A DNA stretch of 64,000 bases from Candidatus Altimarinota bacterium (GCA_963677745.1 OY782391.1:992001-1056000), one strand, 5' to 3'; positions 10,670 through 20,994 are shown, counted from the first letter of the stretch. Numbers and translations are program-made. The notes: generated from the sequence alone by a model not told the origin.

Positions 10670-11212
10670 TTAGTTGAGAATGTAATACCAGTTGGAGTCA
10701 ACACCGGCACCGGCGTTGAAGTTTGAAACGTTTGTCACATCCGTAGTGGCATTGGGGCAAGTAGCAGCCAGTTTCATAACATTATTACCCTTTACTGTAT
10801 CTGCAACACCTTTCATTGGAGTTTCCATTCTGATAGCTACTGCATAGGAATAACCCTTTGAACTTAGAGCAATTGGACAATAGGCAACCGGTGCGTCTGC
10901 GCCCTTGACAGCAGAACAACCCACAACAGTCTCATCAGCGGCAGAGGTGTTCTTAGCACCTACTGGTGTGATATTACCCTTGAGGTAGCTATCAACTGCA
11001 GTTCCCAGACAACCGCTGGTAGCAGCAGGATAGGAACCGTTGGCAGCCTTGTATTGTTCCAGACCGATAACGATGTCATTGAGCAGGGACTTTCTTCCGG
11101 CATCTCTGGCTGTTGCAGGGGCACTCAGGATGCTGGGCAGCAGAGCAACTGCCAAAATTCCGATGATCGAGATAACGATCAGGATCTCTATTAATGTGAA
11201 ACCTTTTTTCAT
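10670..11212 (-). CDS. Type IV pilin / pseudopilin (probable major pilin)
   Basis: Class III signal MKKG|FTLIEILIVISIIGILA with E5, RDxxRK motif, Cys pairs, own terminator. Confidence 0.92.
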   Translation of the reverse strand: MKKGFTLIEILIVISIIGILAVALLPSILSAPATARDAGRKSLLNDIVIGLEQYKAANGSYPAATSGCLGTAVDSYLKGNITPVGAKNTSAADETVVGCSAVKGADAPVAYCPIALSSKGYSYAVAIRMETPMKGVADTVKGNNVMKLAATCPNATTDVTNVSNFNAGAGVDSNWYYILN

Positions 11213-11413
11213 ACTTTTATTTTGTTATTTGTTAAAAGCTTTCAATTTATTCTACACTGAATACCTGCAAAAATCAAGTACCTCTGAAAAAAAATTCTGT
11301 ATAATTACTTTTGGCAGTACCTTTAATGGGGAGAGACAATCACGGATATTATAGAGGAATAGTCTTTCTGGAAGGGATTGTTTCATGATATAATATTCAG
11401 ATCATAACTACAC

Positions 11414-12745
11414 ATGTCAAAAACAAAAACCAATAAGGTCAAAATATCGTGTACAGTCCTGCTGTTGACGCTTACCTGGTCGCTGACGGCCATCTGCGCC
11501 GCACCGCCGGGTGCAACAACAGCCCCCTATCAGCTAACTTACACGGCTAAATTGACCGATTCCACCAATACTCCTGTGACCACATCGCAGTCTGTGCGTT
11601 TCTCTCTCTGGACCGATGCTGACTGGGATGCCGGTGATATCGACGGTCTTGGCAATCTCAATCCGCTGACTCCCGGTTATGCAGGCTGGCAGGAAACCCA
11701 TACCGTGATGCCCAATTCTGATGGTATTTTTACAGTGCAATTGGGGTCTATCAATACTTTTCCCAATTTTACCTCTTCAGTCCATCAATTTTTGGAAGTC
11801 GACGTCAAACCGGCACCCTCTCCCAATACTTCTTTTGAAGTACTAGATCCGGACGGAAACACCACCAATCTGACCGACCGCAAGCCCTTCAACTCTTCTC
11901 CTTATGCAGTCAACGCCGATACGCTGGATAATCGGGATGCGGGAAACGGACCAAATAATATTCCCATTCTGGACGCTCTGGGAAAACTGGTCTACGGGGT
12001 GCTTCCCGACGGGGTAAACGCCGACACTTTCATCATGGATTATGACAACAATGCCCCGGGAAACGTCATTACATTGCAATTCGGCCAGGCTCTGGCCCAA
12101 TATCTGCGCTGGAACAATCCGGTCAACCGATTTGAATTCTCGAGCAACGTCGACATCAACGGCGATCTGACTTTCAGCGGAACCGGCAACATTACCGGTG
12201 CTACCATCGACGGGACTTTAAACACTATTACCAATATACCGGTGACAGCACTGGCTGCTTACACCAAGCAGATCAGGCTCAGTCCTGAATACGACGGAGC
12301 CACACTGAAAGCTGACGGTACAGCCAATAACGGCATAATGACACTGGATAATGAGGATTTGGGAGGGCTTTCCAAACACAACTACTATCAATGGGTCACC
12401 AACAAGGCCGCCTCTCAGGACTTGGATATAAAGGTCCGTTACCAGCTTCCCACCGATTTTGTGGCATTTACGGCAGCGCCGTTGACTTTCACTTACCGGA
12501 CAGCCGATGGTGTTCCAGCCAATAACAGCCTGGACTTGACCATGTCCGACTCAACCGGCGCCGCCGTAGCTCTGACCGGCGCTTCCGGACTGGCCAACGC
12601 CGCCTGGACCGATGCCTCCATTACCTTTGCCGCCGCACCCACTTTCACCCCGGGCAGCTGGATTGAATTTGATATCAAAGCTGCTGCCGTCACAGGTCAA
12701 TATGCCCGTGCCGGGGATCTGGTACTGAATTATACCGGCAGATAG
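11414..12745 (+). CDS. Secreted fibre/adhesin-like protein
   Basis: Signal peptide; N-terminal YxAKLTD...VRFSLW...WQE...GIFTVQLG...SSPYAVNADTLD module resembling phage-fibre-like bacterial surface proteins; C-terminal domain shared with 13938-15413. Confidence 0.75.
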   Translation: MSKTKTNKVKISCTVLLLTLTWSLTAICAAPPGATTAPYQLTYTAKLTDSTNTPVTTSQSVRFSLWTDADWDAGDIDGLGNLNPLTPGYAGWQETHTVMPNSDGIFTVQLGSINTFPNFTSSVHQFLEVDVKPAPSPNTSFEVLDPDGNTTNLTDRKPFNSSPYAVNADTLDNRDAGNGPNNIPILDALGKLVYGVLPDGVNADTFIMDYDNNAPGNVITLQFGQALAQYLRWNNPVNRFEFSSNVDINGDLTFSGTGNITGATIDGTLNTITNIPVTALAAYTKQIRLSPEYDGATLKADGTANNGIMTLDNEDLGGLSKHNYYQWVTNKAASQDLDIKVRYQLPTDFVAFTAAPLTFTYRTADGVPANNSLDLTMSDSTGAAVALTGASGLANAAWTDASITFAAAPTFTPGSWIEFDIKAAAVTGQYARAGDLVLNYTGR

Positions 12746-12836
12746 AAAAAAACATAGGCGGCGGTTCAATCTGCCCGATTGCCTTTTAGTCAGTCCTGTA
12801 TTAATATTTATGACGGATAATCTTTCACAAATAAAA

Positions 12837-13856
12837 ATGAAAAACCGTTATGGACTTTTGTCCCTGCTGTTGGTACTGACTTTAGGCACTTTTATGGCTG
12901 CTCCGGTGCTGGCAGTCACTGCTACCGGTGCCAGTTTCAGCGATGTACCCGCTGATTACCCTTATTATACAGCCATTGAATTCCTTAAAACTGAGGGGAT
13001 CATCGGTGGGTATCCGGATGGCACCTTCAAGCCTTCCCAGGTTGTAAACCGCGCCGAAGCCCTCAAAATTGTTTTCAACGCCAAAAAAACTGCCCTGAAG
13101 GAATCCACTGCCAGCAGTTTCTCGGATGTTTCACTGACGGACTGGTTCGCCAAGTATGTTGAGACTGCCAAATCCCTTAAGATAATCAGTGGCAATCCGG
13201 ACGGCACCTTTGCCCCTGCCCGCACCGTCAACAAAGTGGAATTTCTGAAAATGTTGCTGCTTACCTATGAGGTTCAATTTGTCAATTATCAGGCTCCCAC
13301 CAGTCCGCTTTATCCTGATGTTACTGATAACAGTCAATGGTATGTACCTTACCTGGATTTTGCTAAAAACATTAACCTGATCACTCCTACCGCTACCGGA
13401 AATATTGAGCCTAACAAGGGGCTGACCAGAGGGGAGGTGGCAGAGGTGACCTATAAAATGATAGTTATAATTCGCGGCGGTCCGGTACAGTTGCTTCTCA
13501 GCCGGTCCGAAGCCCTCTTGATGCAGTCGATTTTTGACCTGCAGGCGGGAGCGCTGGACAATGCAGCCCTCAATATCAAATCCGCCAAAGACCTGGCCAA
13601 TCAGGCCTTACAGAAAGCCCCCGAGGAGGCGGTGGTTAAATCCGCCGTGAAAATTATCACTGCTTTTGAATATCTGGTAAGCTCTTTCAAAGAATCGGCT
13701 GCCGGTCAGGATGATCAGGCCTTGAAATCTGCCGGATCTGCTTATAATACTGCAGAAGAAGCCAAAGGGATCAGTAATTCGGTTGAGAATCTGGCCATTC
13801 AGGTCAAGTCTGCCGCAAAATCTCTGGCCGACAGCATCCGGGCCAGACAAGGTTAA
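12837..13856 (+). CDS. S-layer homology (SLH) domain protein
   Basis: Signal peptide; three SLH repeats (FSDV...GIIGGYPDGTFKPSQVVNRAE, ...TRGE); helical C-terminus. Start could also be 12810. Confidence 0.9.
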   Translation: MKNRYGLLSLLLVLTLGTFMAAPVLAVTATGASFSDVPADYPYYTAIEFLKTEGIIGGYPDGTFKPSQVVNRAEALKIVFNAKKTALKESTASSFSDVSLTDWFAKYVETAKSLKIISGNPDGTFAPARTVNKVEFLKMLLLTYEVQFVNYQAPTSPLYPDVTDNSQWYVPYLDFAKNINLITPTATGNIEPNKGLTRGEVAEVTYKMIVIIRGGPVQLLLSRSEALLMQSIFDLQAGALDNAALNIKSAKDLANQALQKAPEEAVVKSAVKIITAFEYLVSSFKESAAGQDDQALKSAGSAYNTAEEAKGISNSVENLAIQVKSAAKSLADSIRARQG

Positions 13857-13878
13857 AACCAAGCATGATAATCTTTTA

Positions 13879-13908
13879 GAAAAGGCCCCGCGTTCGCGGG
13901 GCCTTTTC
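13879..13908. terminator. Bidirectional intrinsic terminator between convergent genes
   Basis: GAAAAGGCCCCGCG-TT-CGCGGGGCCTTTTC. Confidence 0.88.
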
Positions 13909-13937
13909 ATTTGTCTCAATTAACTCTCTTCTTATTA

Positions 13938-15413
13938 TTATTTTCTAACGTAGTTCAGCTTCAGTGAATTTAGTTGAGTCACATAGTTGGTACCGCCTGT
14001 CTTGATGGCATGGAGCTTGAAGGTCATTTGCATTCTGGAACCGGCTGTAAACGTACCACCGGTGATGCCGATGTTCTTAGCTGTCCAGGTGTTGCCTGCT
14101 GAACCTACCAGGTTTGAGGCACTGGTAAGGGTCATGGCTGCTCCGGCTGTGTCCACGCCGGTTACATCGATTTTATTGTGGGCGGTATTGGTGTCGGTGG
14201 TCAACATATCAAGTTGAACCGGATTGGTAGCCTGCCAGCTGGCAAAATCCTGTGGGAGTCTGACATCCAGCACTACATCAATATCCTGCAGGGCGGCATT
14301 ATTGGAGTACCAGTTATAATAATTTCTGAAATTGGTGGCGTCATAAGCTGAGCTGAGAGTACCGATGTTGGTACCACCGTCTGCCCTGACTACTGCATCC
14401 TTGAATTCTGCAGCGAATTCCATAGTGTTATTGGTACCGCTCTGGCTCGATTTGATCCAGTTGGTGCCATCACAGACATATTGGCCGGGCGGATTGGTGC
14501 CATCCAGAGTAGTCAGATAGAGTTCTCTTCCGGTGGAACCGGCATTACATACCGGCAGAGTGGCCACATTCTCCAGTCTCAGATCCTGTACCTGATTCAG
14601 ATTCAGGTCTACTGATCCGCCGGAATTAACTACCAGTGCATTGGAAGTCAATGTCCCGCTGACAGTAGTCGCATTATTTAAAGTGAAGTTGCCGGTTGTG
14701 TCGTTCCAGGCGATAGTGCCGGATCCGTCACCAAAGGACAGAGTGGTTGTGTCGCCATTAGCTGCGTCATTGTTAAAAGTAAAAGTATTGGCGGTGGTCT
14801 GGGGCAGATTGACAGTAGTGGTACCGGTGAAAGTTACTGTTGTACCGGCATCAAAGGTCAGTATGCCGGAAGTAAAGTTATCAGAGGTATCTGAACGGAG
14901 AAATTGAGTAGAATCCAAACCATCCAATGTACTGGCGTCACCTCCGGAAGCTGTAGTCACCCATCTGGTGGCTGCGCCATTGGTGTCATTACAGATATAT
15001 TCAGTGTTGGCGGACAGGGTCTGTGCACCATTTACACCGGCTATAGTCGCTGCTCCGGTATAGATTTTCTTACCTCTGTCCGTGGAAGCTGTACAGGCAG
15101 GCACATCAGCCAGGACTGAAACGTTCTGCACTCTGGCGTCCAATAATTGATGGGATTGCAGGTCCAGATTGTTGGAAATCTGGAACTTGCTGTTCAGAGT
15201 ATCATAGCGGAAATAAGTGGTACCGGCACTGCCGAAAGACAGACCGATATTAGTGGCGGATGTGTCATCGTAATCAATGACGTACTGATCTGCCGTAGTA
15301 ACACCCGGCTGGTCTGCGCCATCGTATAAAATGGCTGCGTTGGCCGCTGACAGCAAGCTCATTGAGAGAGCCGCAGTCGCCAGGACAAAACCGATTATTT
15401 TTTTTCTGTTCAT
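13938..15413 (-). CDS. Secreted fibre/adhesin-like protein, paralog of 11414-12745
   Basis: Signal peptide; tail-fibre-like DASTLDGLDSTQFLRSD; duplicated internal modules; C-terminal domain shared with 11414-12745. Confidence 0.75.
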   Translation of the reverse strand: MNRKKIIGFVLATAALSMSLLSAANAAILYDGADQPGVTTADQYVIDYDDTSATNIGLSFGSAGTTYFRYDTLNSKFQISNNLDLQSHQLLDARVQNVSVLADVPACTASTDRGKKIYTGAATIAGVNGAQTLSANTEYICNDTNGAATRWVTTASGGDASTLDGLDSTQFLRSDTSDNFTSGILTFDAGTTVTFTGTTTVNLPQTTANTFTFNNDAANGDTTTLSFGDGSGTIAWNDTTGNFTLNNATTVSGTLTSNALVVNSGGSVDLNLNQVQDLRLENVATLPVCNAGSTGRELYLTTLDGTNPPGQYVCDGTNWIKSSQSGTNNTMEFAAEFKDAVVRADGGTNIGTLSSAYDATNFRNYYNWYSNNAALQDIDVVLDVRLPQDFASWQATNPVQLDMLTTDTNTAHNKIDVTGVDTAGAAMTLTSASNLVGSAGNTWTAKNIGITGGTFTAGSRMQMTFKLHAIKTGGTNYVTQLNSLKLNYVRK

Positions 15414-15493
15414 AAGTTTTTTGTTAAATTTTTCTATTTATATATTATATATTTTGGATTTTCCCGGTTGACCTAGGGCAATCTCACTTTTCA

Positions 15494-16795
15494 TCATCCC
15501 CCTACCAGACTGGTCATTGAGAAAATTGGTACCATGATTGCAGCCACCAATCCTCCCACAACAATACCGACAATAACCATAATCATGGGTTCCATTATTT
15601 TTGTCAAACTGCCGACCGCCGTACTGACTTCATCATTATAAAACTCGGCAACTTTCTGCGTGACCATTTCCAGCTGAGCCGTCTGCTCTCCAACCTCGAT
15701 CATGTTTACCAGCATGGTCGGAAACAGTTTACTGTTGGAAAGATTTTCGGCCATGGGAATTCCGCTCTTCATGTCTTCTGCAGTCAGTAAAAACCTTCTC
15801 CGGTATACTTCATTGCCAATTGCCATTGACACAATTTCCATTGATTTGATGATTGGAACTCCGGAGGAAAGTAGATTACCGAAACCGTAAGCGAACTTGG
15901 CCAAAGTTGATTTGACAATCAGATCTCCGAAAAGCGGTAGTTTGATCAGGAAATAATCCCAGTAGTACCGGCCCTGTTTGGTTTTTTTCCAGACAGAAAG
16001 ACTCACCACGAAACCCACCACCATTAATATCATCAGCCACCAATACTGAAGTGTAAAATTACTCATCTGTATCAGGATTTTTGTGGCGAGTGGCAGTTCC
16101 TTTCCGGATTGCGTAAATAATCCGGCAATTTGAGGTACCACCAGTACCATCATCAGTACCACCACACCGGCCACCACACACAAGATTACCACCGGATAAA
16201 CCAGAGCACCTTTAACTTTTCCGGCGATGGAGGCGGCCTTCTCGGCTTCTTCAGCCATGTTTTTAAAAGTCTTATTTAGCTGGCCGGAAGCTTCACCGGC
16301 CTGAATGGAACCGATCTGCGCCTCCGTAAACACTTCGGGATACTTACTCATGGCTTTGGAAAGAGTGCTTCCCGCTTCCAGCTGCTTGGCCATGTCAAAC
16401 AAAACCTTGCGCAGTTTGGGGCTTTTTTCCGCCTGCACCGCCAAAGTATTGAGAGACTTGATCAACGGTATGCCGGCATTGATCATCGTAGCCATCAGAC
16501 GGAAAACCACGGAAATATCCTTGATCTTGATTTTACTGTGCTCTATCAGGTACTCGTTAAACTTGATAAAGCTGTCGATAATCGGGTTGCCTGTAAGTTG
16601 CATCTGGCCGGTGGGAGTTTTCTTTAAAAAGACTTTCTCGGACTTTTTGGCTTCGGCTCCGATGTTCATCACAAATCCCACACCCCTGGCGGCAGGTTTT
16701 TCCGCAGCAGCTGACTGTTTTTGGGCTTCAGGGCCGACTTTGAAAGTCTCCCCTTCAATCTCCCTGTAAAATCCTTTTGTTTGTTTTTCGGTCAT
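15494..16795 (-). CDS. pilC: Type IV pilus platform protein PilC (T2SSF family)
   Basis: Two GspF domains: AGEASGQL, KVKGALVYP, VGEQTAQL, EPMIMVIVG. Confidence 0.95.
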   Translation of the reverse strand: MTEKQTKGFYREIEGETFKVGPEAQKQSAAAEKPAARGVGFVMNIGAEAKKSEKVFLKKTPTGQMQLTGNPIIDSFIKFNEYLIEHSKIKIKDISVVFRLMATMINAGIPLIKSLNTLAVQAEKSPKLRKVLFDMAKQLEAGSTLSKAMSKYPEVFTEAQIGSIQAGEASGQLNKTFKNMAEEAEKAASIAGKVKGALVYPVVILCVVAGVVVLMMVLVVPQIAGLFTQSGKELPLATKILIQMSNFTLQYWWLMILMVVGFVVSLSVWKKTKQGRYYWDYFLIKLPLFGDLIVKSTLAKFAYGFGNLLSSGVPIIKSMEIVSMAIGNEVYRRRFLLTAEDMKSGIPMAENLSNSKLFPTMLVNMIEVGEQTAQLEMVTQKVAEFYNDEVSTAVGSLTKIMEPMIMVIVGIVVGGLVAAIMVPIFSMTSLVGG

Positions 16796-16798
16796 ATC

Positions 16799-18088
16799 TT
16801 ATTTTGTTTCCATTTTCTTGGCTACGCGGTAGATTTCATCCAAAGAGGTAAGCCCCTGGATGGCTTTCAGCACTCCATCCTGCTCCAAAGAAACCATACC
16901 GTTTCTGAGAGCCGCCTTCTCGATTTCCACTGCCGATCCGCGGTCCAGAATCATTTTGCGGATTTCATTGTTCATGCTCATGATTTCATACAGACCGACA
17001 CGGCCTTTGTAGCCGATACCGTCACATTGCGGGCAACCGCTGGGAGATCCTTTCCAGAACATTTTGTTTTGAATCTGTTCCGGCGTAACCTTGCCCGGCA
17101 CCCCGATATTTTCCAAGGCCAACTTTACTCTCTCATACATTTCCGGTTCCAGTTCATACTGAACATGGCAACTCGGACAAAGTTTTCTGACCAGACGCTG
17201 GGCAATGATCAATTCAATACTGGAAGCCATTAAAAATGGGGGAATTCCCATGTTATCGATACGGGTCAGGGTTTCCACAGCACTGTTGGTGTGGATGGTG
17301 GAAAGCACCAGGTGACCCGTCAGTGAGGCTTCGATAGCCACCTGAATGGTTTCCTGGTCGCGGATTTCACCCACCATTATGATATCTGGATCCTGACGTA
17401 AAGCCGTACGTAAACCGGAGGCAAAGTTGTAATTGATTTCGTGATGCACCTGACTCTGATTTAATCCGTCCATCTGGATTTCCACAGGATCCTCAATGGT
17501 CATTATATTTACATCCACCGTATTCAGTCTGTTCAGACAGGAATATAGAGTAGTGGTTTTACCTGAACCTGTCGGGCCGGAAGTCAGCAGAATGCCGTTT
17601 GGTAAATCAAGCGCGGCGGAGAGCAGCTCAAAATTATGCGGGTCCAGACCCAGTTCGGGCAAATCCGGAATCTTGCGGGATTTATCCTGAATACGCATTA
17701 CTATCTTTTCTCCGTTAACCGTGGGCAGAGTGGAAACGCGGAGATCCATTTCCCTGTTGTCCTTTGTGGTGACTGAAGCGCGTCCGTCCTGGGGGATTCT
17801 CTGTTCATCAATCTTCAGATTGGACATGATTTTTACCCTGGATACCACCGCCGGATGAATATTCAGCGGGTATTCCACAATTTGTCGCAGTACGCCGTCT
17901 ATTCTATAGCGCAGACGGACGGTGAATGTTTCCGGCTCGATGTGAATATCCGAACCGCGCAGATCCAGGGCATAACTGATGATATTCAATACCATCTGCG
18001 GAATATTTCCGGACAATATAGCCTCCTGCAGCAATTGCAGTTTGGGGTTTTGGGGGGGAGTGTCTTGTGTCTGTACGGTATTTTCCAT
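16799..18088 (-). CDS. pilB: Type IV pilus assembly ATPase PilB/GspE
   Basis: SDIHIEP, GPTGSGKTTTLY Walker A, TIEDPVE, LRQDPDIIMVGEIRD, CxxC/CxxC zinc motif; short N-terminus. Confidence 0.95.
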   Translation of the reverse strand: MENTVQTQDTPPQNPKLQLLQEAILSGNIPQMVLNIISYALDLRGSDIHIEPETFTVRLRYRIDGVLRQIVEYPLNIHPAVVSRVKIMSNLKIDEQRIPQDGRASVTTKDNREMDLRVSTLPTVNGEKIVMRIQDKSRKIPDLPELGLDPHNFELLSAALDLPNGILLTSGPTGSGKTTTLYSCLNRLNTVDVNIMTIEDPVEIQMDGLNQSQVHHEINYNFASGLRTALRQDPDIIMVGEIRDQETIQVAIEASLTGHLVLSTIHTNSAVETLTRIDNMGIPPFLMASSIELIIAQRLVRKLCPSCHVQYELEPEMYERVKLALENIGVPGKVTPEQIQNKMFWKGSPSGCPQCDGIGYKGRVGLYEIMSMNNEIRKMILDRGSAVEIEKAALRNGMVSLEQDGVLKAIQGLTSLDEIYRVAKKMETK

Positions 18089-18096
18089 TTTATATA

Positions 18097-18786
18097 TTAC
18101 TGTTTGGCTGTAGTGACGGGCTTTTGATAGAAAGCGTTCAGGGTCAGTGAAGAATTTATATTTTTTACATCCGGATTATAAACGGCTGTGGTGGTCCCGG
18201 TTTCCGTTGAGGTTTCGGCGCCGGCCTGTTCAGTTGGTTTTATAAAACCAAGGGAAATGCTGACGATGTCGAGCAATCGTGTTTCTTCATTGATGTCGCC
18301 GCTTTTTTCCACATTTTTCAGGAAAGCCTTTAGACCGTCCTCATCACCGGAGATACTCATGCTGAAAGGCAATTTGGCCAATTCGGAGGGATCTTGTTTG
18401 TCAGTTTCGGAGAAACTCAAATTACTTAAAAACATCGGATGGGCGGTTCCCCTGGTATCCAGAAAATATTTGTCGAGAGCTCTGGCCAGGTTGGTAAAAT
18501 CCTCATTGGCCGGAAGAATCTTTTCAATTGATTGATTTACAGTCAGATTTTCGGTATCCAGTTCCTTTTTAAGCGCCAGATAATCCTGCTTGGCCTTATC
18601 GGCTGAGGAACGCAATTCGGTCAGTTTTTCGTTTTCCGCTCCCAGCGCGGTCTGTGCGGACTGGTATTCGGTATAATGCATATAGCCGAAATATCCCCCC
18701 ACACCCAGTATGAGCAGAGTCAGCAGTGCAAACTGCATGATCTTCTGGTCCATCTTCCTTTTTGTGAATACTTGAGTGCTTTTCAT
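18097..18786 (-). CDS. PilO-like inner-membrane alignment protein
   Basis: N-terminal TM, coiled coil, ILP...LPFSMSISG...FLKNVE...RLLDI; position in pil operon. Confidence 0.7.
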   Translation of the reverse strand: MKSTQVFTKRKMDQKIMQFALLTLLILGVGGYFGYMHYTEYQSAQTALGAENEKLTELRSSADKAKQDYLALKKELDTENLTVNQSIEKILPANEDFTNLARALDKYFLDTRGTAHPMFLSNLSFSETDKQDPSELAKLPFSMSISGDEDGLKAFLKNVEKSGDINEETRLLDIVSISLGFIKPTEQAGAETSTETGTTTAVYNPDVKNINSSLTLNAFYQKPVTTAKQ

Positions 18787-18788
18787 GG

Positions 18789-20792
18789 TTATTTATTATG
18801 CTTTACTGGTACTTTTAATTTGGCAACTTTTTCTCCCGCCTGCAGATCTACAATCGGTGTGTTCATCTTTGAGAAAGCTCCGCTTTCAATTTCCATTTCC
18901 ATCGAAAAGGGCAGCGAATATATCTGTACCCCGTTTTCATCGGTTGACTCGCTCAGAGGGAAAGTGCGGTTAAAGACATTTTTAAATTCGGGAGAGGCTT
19001 CAAAGGCTTCAATTAAATATGTGACGACTTCTCTGTTGGTTGCGCTTCTTGTGGTATTAATTCCACTAACGGAAATCTTTCCGGTCTTCGCGTTGAAGTT
19101 ATAGCCGGAATATTCAATCTTGCTGGCATTACCGATGCCCTGACCACTGTTATGCTCAGTATTGACTTGATTGGTGACTCTTTCCAATGAGTCGATAACA
19201 TCCGACCAGGCAATTCGGGAGTTTCTCAGATTGGTGATTGTTGCGAGATTTACTTTGGTTGAAGCCAGCAGATTATCAATATAGGTCTTAAAAGCTAGAC
19301 GCTGTGCCGGATCGGCATTGGTCTGATAATCTTCCGCATCCAGTTTGAAGGCGTCTACGGTATAGGCCTTCAGGTTGGTAACCAGTTTCACGTTGCCCAC
19401 CAGTTTGGTGGCATTGTCAAAAAAGGCCAGTTGGTCAGGAGGCAGTTTTTCATTATTTTGAGTGCTGGATGATGCCAGGGCGATTTTTTCAGCTGCAATG
19501 GCGGTTTTCAGATTCTGCTGAAATTGTATTTCTTCGGTGGCTGCATCGGTAGCTGTTTCACCACGGGTTTTAAACGTCTCAACTACTATTGGTCTTTCCA
19601 AATTCTTCTGGGCCCCTGCCAGCAGATCCGGCATTTTTGTTTTGGCCTCATCCACCTCACTCTGGATGGCGATTTTTTCGGAAGTCAGTCCGGTTGTTTC
19701 CAGGTTGGCAACACCGTCAAGAAAACGGGTGCTTTCATATCCAAACTGGTTCAGATATAGCTGACCGGTCAGAAAACTGTATTTATTCAATTCGGTTTGT
19801 GTTGAACGAAGATTTTCATTGAGGTTAAACAGATCACTGCGCAGATTGGAATCAAAAGTAATATTAGTCAGTCCAAACAGGTTGAGTGACGGGCTAAGCT
19901 GATAGTATAAAAATCCATTGACGCCAACAGCTACGACGGTCACAAAAAATGCCATAAACTGAACCGCCCGCAGTTTCTTTTTTAACTTCAGCTGGGCTTC
20001 CTGTTCTATCGACTTCTCCAGGATGGTGGATTTCTTACCCAGCAATTCTTCCATTTTGGGTTGTTCCAGTTTTGCTTTCTGGGTGGCGATATTTTCCACG
20101 AGCTTACTGCCGCCGCCCGATTTCTCCTGAAGTGCCGCACTGCTGAAAAATTCGATCTTTTCAGTGGAACTCTTATCTTCGGTTTTGGGATTCAGTGCAA
20201 GTTTTGTGTCGGGTACGGAAGCAGGGGCGGCTTTGAGGTCGGGTATTTTGACTGCAGCCGGTTTGATTTCCGCAGAAGTTGTTCCACCCAGTTTGATTTC
20301 ACCGGGATTATCGGGTTTGGGAGCATCCAGTGCATCTCCCCAGGCCGAGCTGGGCTTGGTTTTCATGGTTTCAGGCTTTTTTGCAAAAAGACCTCCCAAA
20401 AGACCTTTTTTCTCGGGTTGGGCATCAATTTTTATTTCCGGAGTTGTCTCTTCCGCTTTTTGCAGATCCGCTCTCTTTATTTCCAGATTCATCACGGCGG
20501 GTTGGCCGGCTGTGGCGGCAGGAGTGGAAAGACTGGCGGCCAGTTTGCCGGTTGAGTCGGCGTTTTTTGGAGAAAGATCAATCGAAGGGGATTCTCCGGC
20601 GAGTGAAATTTTCGGAGTAAAGTTTATGGAAATTGAATCCGGTCCGGCCGGTTTGGCTGGATCGCCCGGAAGGCCTATATCGACATTTGGTGTGGCGCCG
20701 TCTGTTGCCGGTAAGCCCGTATTTGGCTTAATGGAGGTATCTGTTGCCCCCAGGTCCATGTTCGGATCAGCGCCAAGATTGATGGTTGCCAT
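18789..20792 (-). CDS. Extended PilN-like protein with long low-complexity N-terminus
   Basis: Pro/Ala/Lys-rich N-terminus, single TM, coiled coil, PilN-like end (RIAWSDVIDSL...ISVSG...IEAFEASPEFKNV). Likely start ATG 20792; track start 20870. Confidence 0.6.
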   Translation of the reverse strand: MATINLGADPNMDLGATDTSIKPNTGLPATDGATPNVDIGLPGDPAKPAGPDSISINFTPKISLAGESPSIDLSPKNADSTGKLAASLSTPAATAGQPAVMNLEIKRADLQKAEETTPEIKIDAQPEKKGLLGGLFAKKPETMKTKPSSAWGDALDAPKPDNPGEIKLGGTTSAEIKPAAVKIPDLKAAPASVPDTKLALNPKTEDKSSTEKIEFFSSAALQEKSGGGSKLVENIATQKAKLEQPKMEELLGKKSTILEKSIEQEAQLKLKKKLRAVQFMAFFVTVVAVGVNGFLYYQLSPSLNLFGLTNITFDSNLRSDLFNLNENLRSTQTELNKYSFLTGQLYLNQFGYESTRFLDGVANLETTGLTSEKIAIQSEVDEAKTKMPDLLAGAQKNLERPIVVETFKTRGETATDAATEEIQFQQNLKTAIAAEKIALASSSTQNNEKLPPDQLAFFDNATKLVGNVKLVTNLKAYTVDAFKLDAEDYQTNADPAQRLAFKTYIDNLLASTKVNLATITNLRNSRIAWSDVIDSLERVTNQVNTEHNSGQGIGNASKIEYSGYNFNAKTGKISVSGINTTRSATNREVVTYLIEAFEASPEFKNVFNRTFPLSESTDENGVQIYSLPFSMEMEIESGAFSKMNTPIVDLQAGEKVAKLKVPVKHNK

Positions 20793-20936
20793 TTGGTCTT
20801 TGTTATTAAATCCTATTATTATACCAAAAAACGGGTACAAAAAAAAGCCTGAACTGGTGAAGTTAGTCAAATTTATGCGCGAACGTGATTAGGTCACAAA
20901 ATCACAAAACCGCAAGTTAAGGGAAAGGGGTTTTGA

Positions 20937-20960
20937 AAGTTTGTGCCCGGGCACAAACTT
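20937..20960. repeat. 24-bp perfect palindrome
   Basis: AAGTTTGTGCCC-GGGCACAAACTT with no loop, between rplL and the pil operon. Confidence 0.8.
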
Positions 20961-20994
20961 AAAGTAATTTATTTCAATCAATGCAAGGAGGCAA

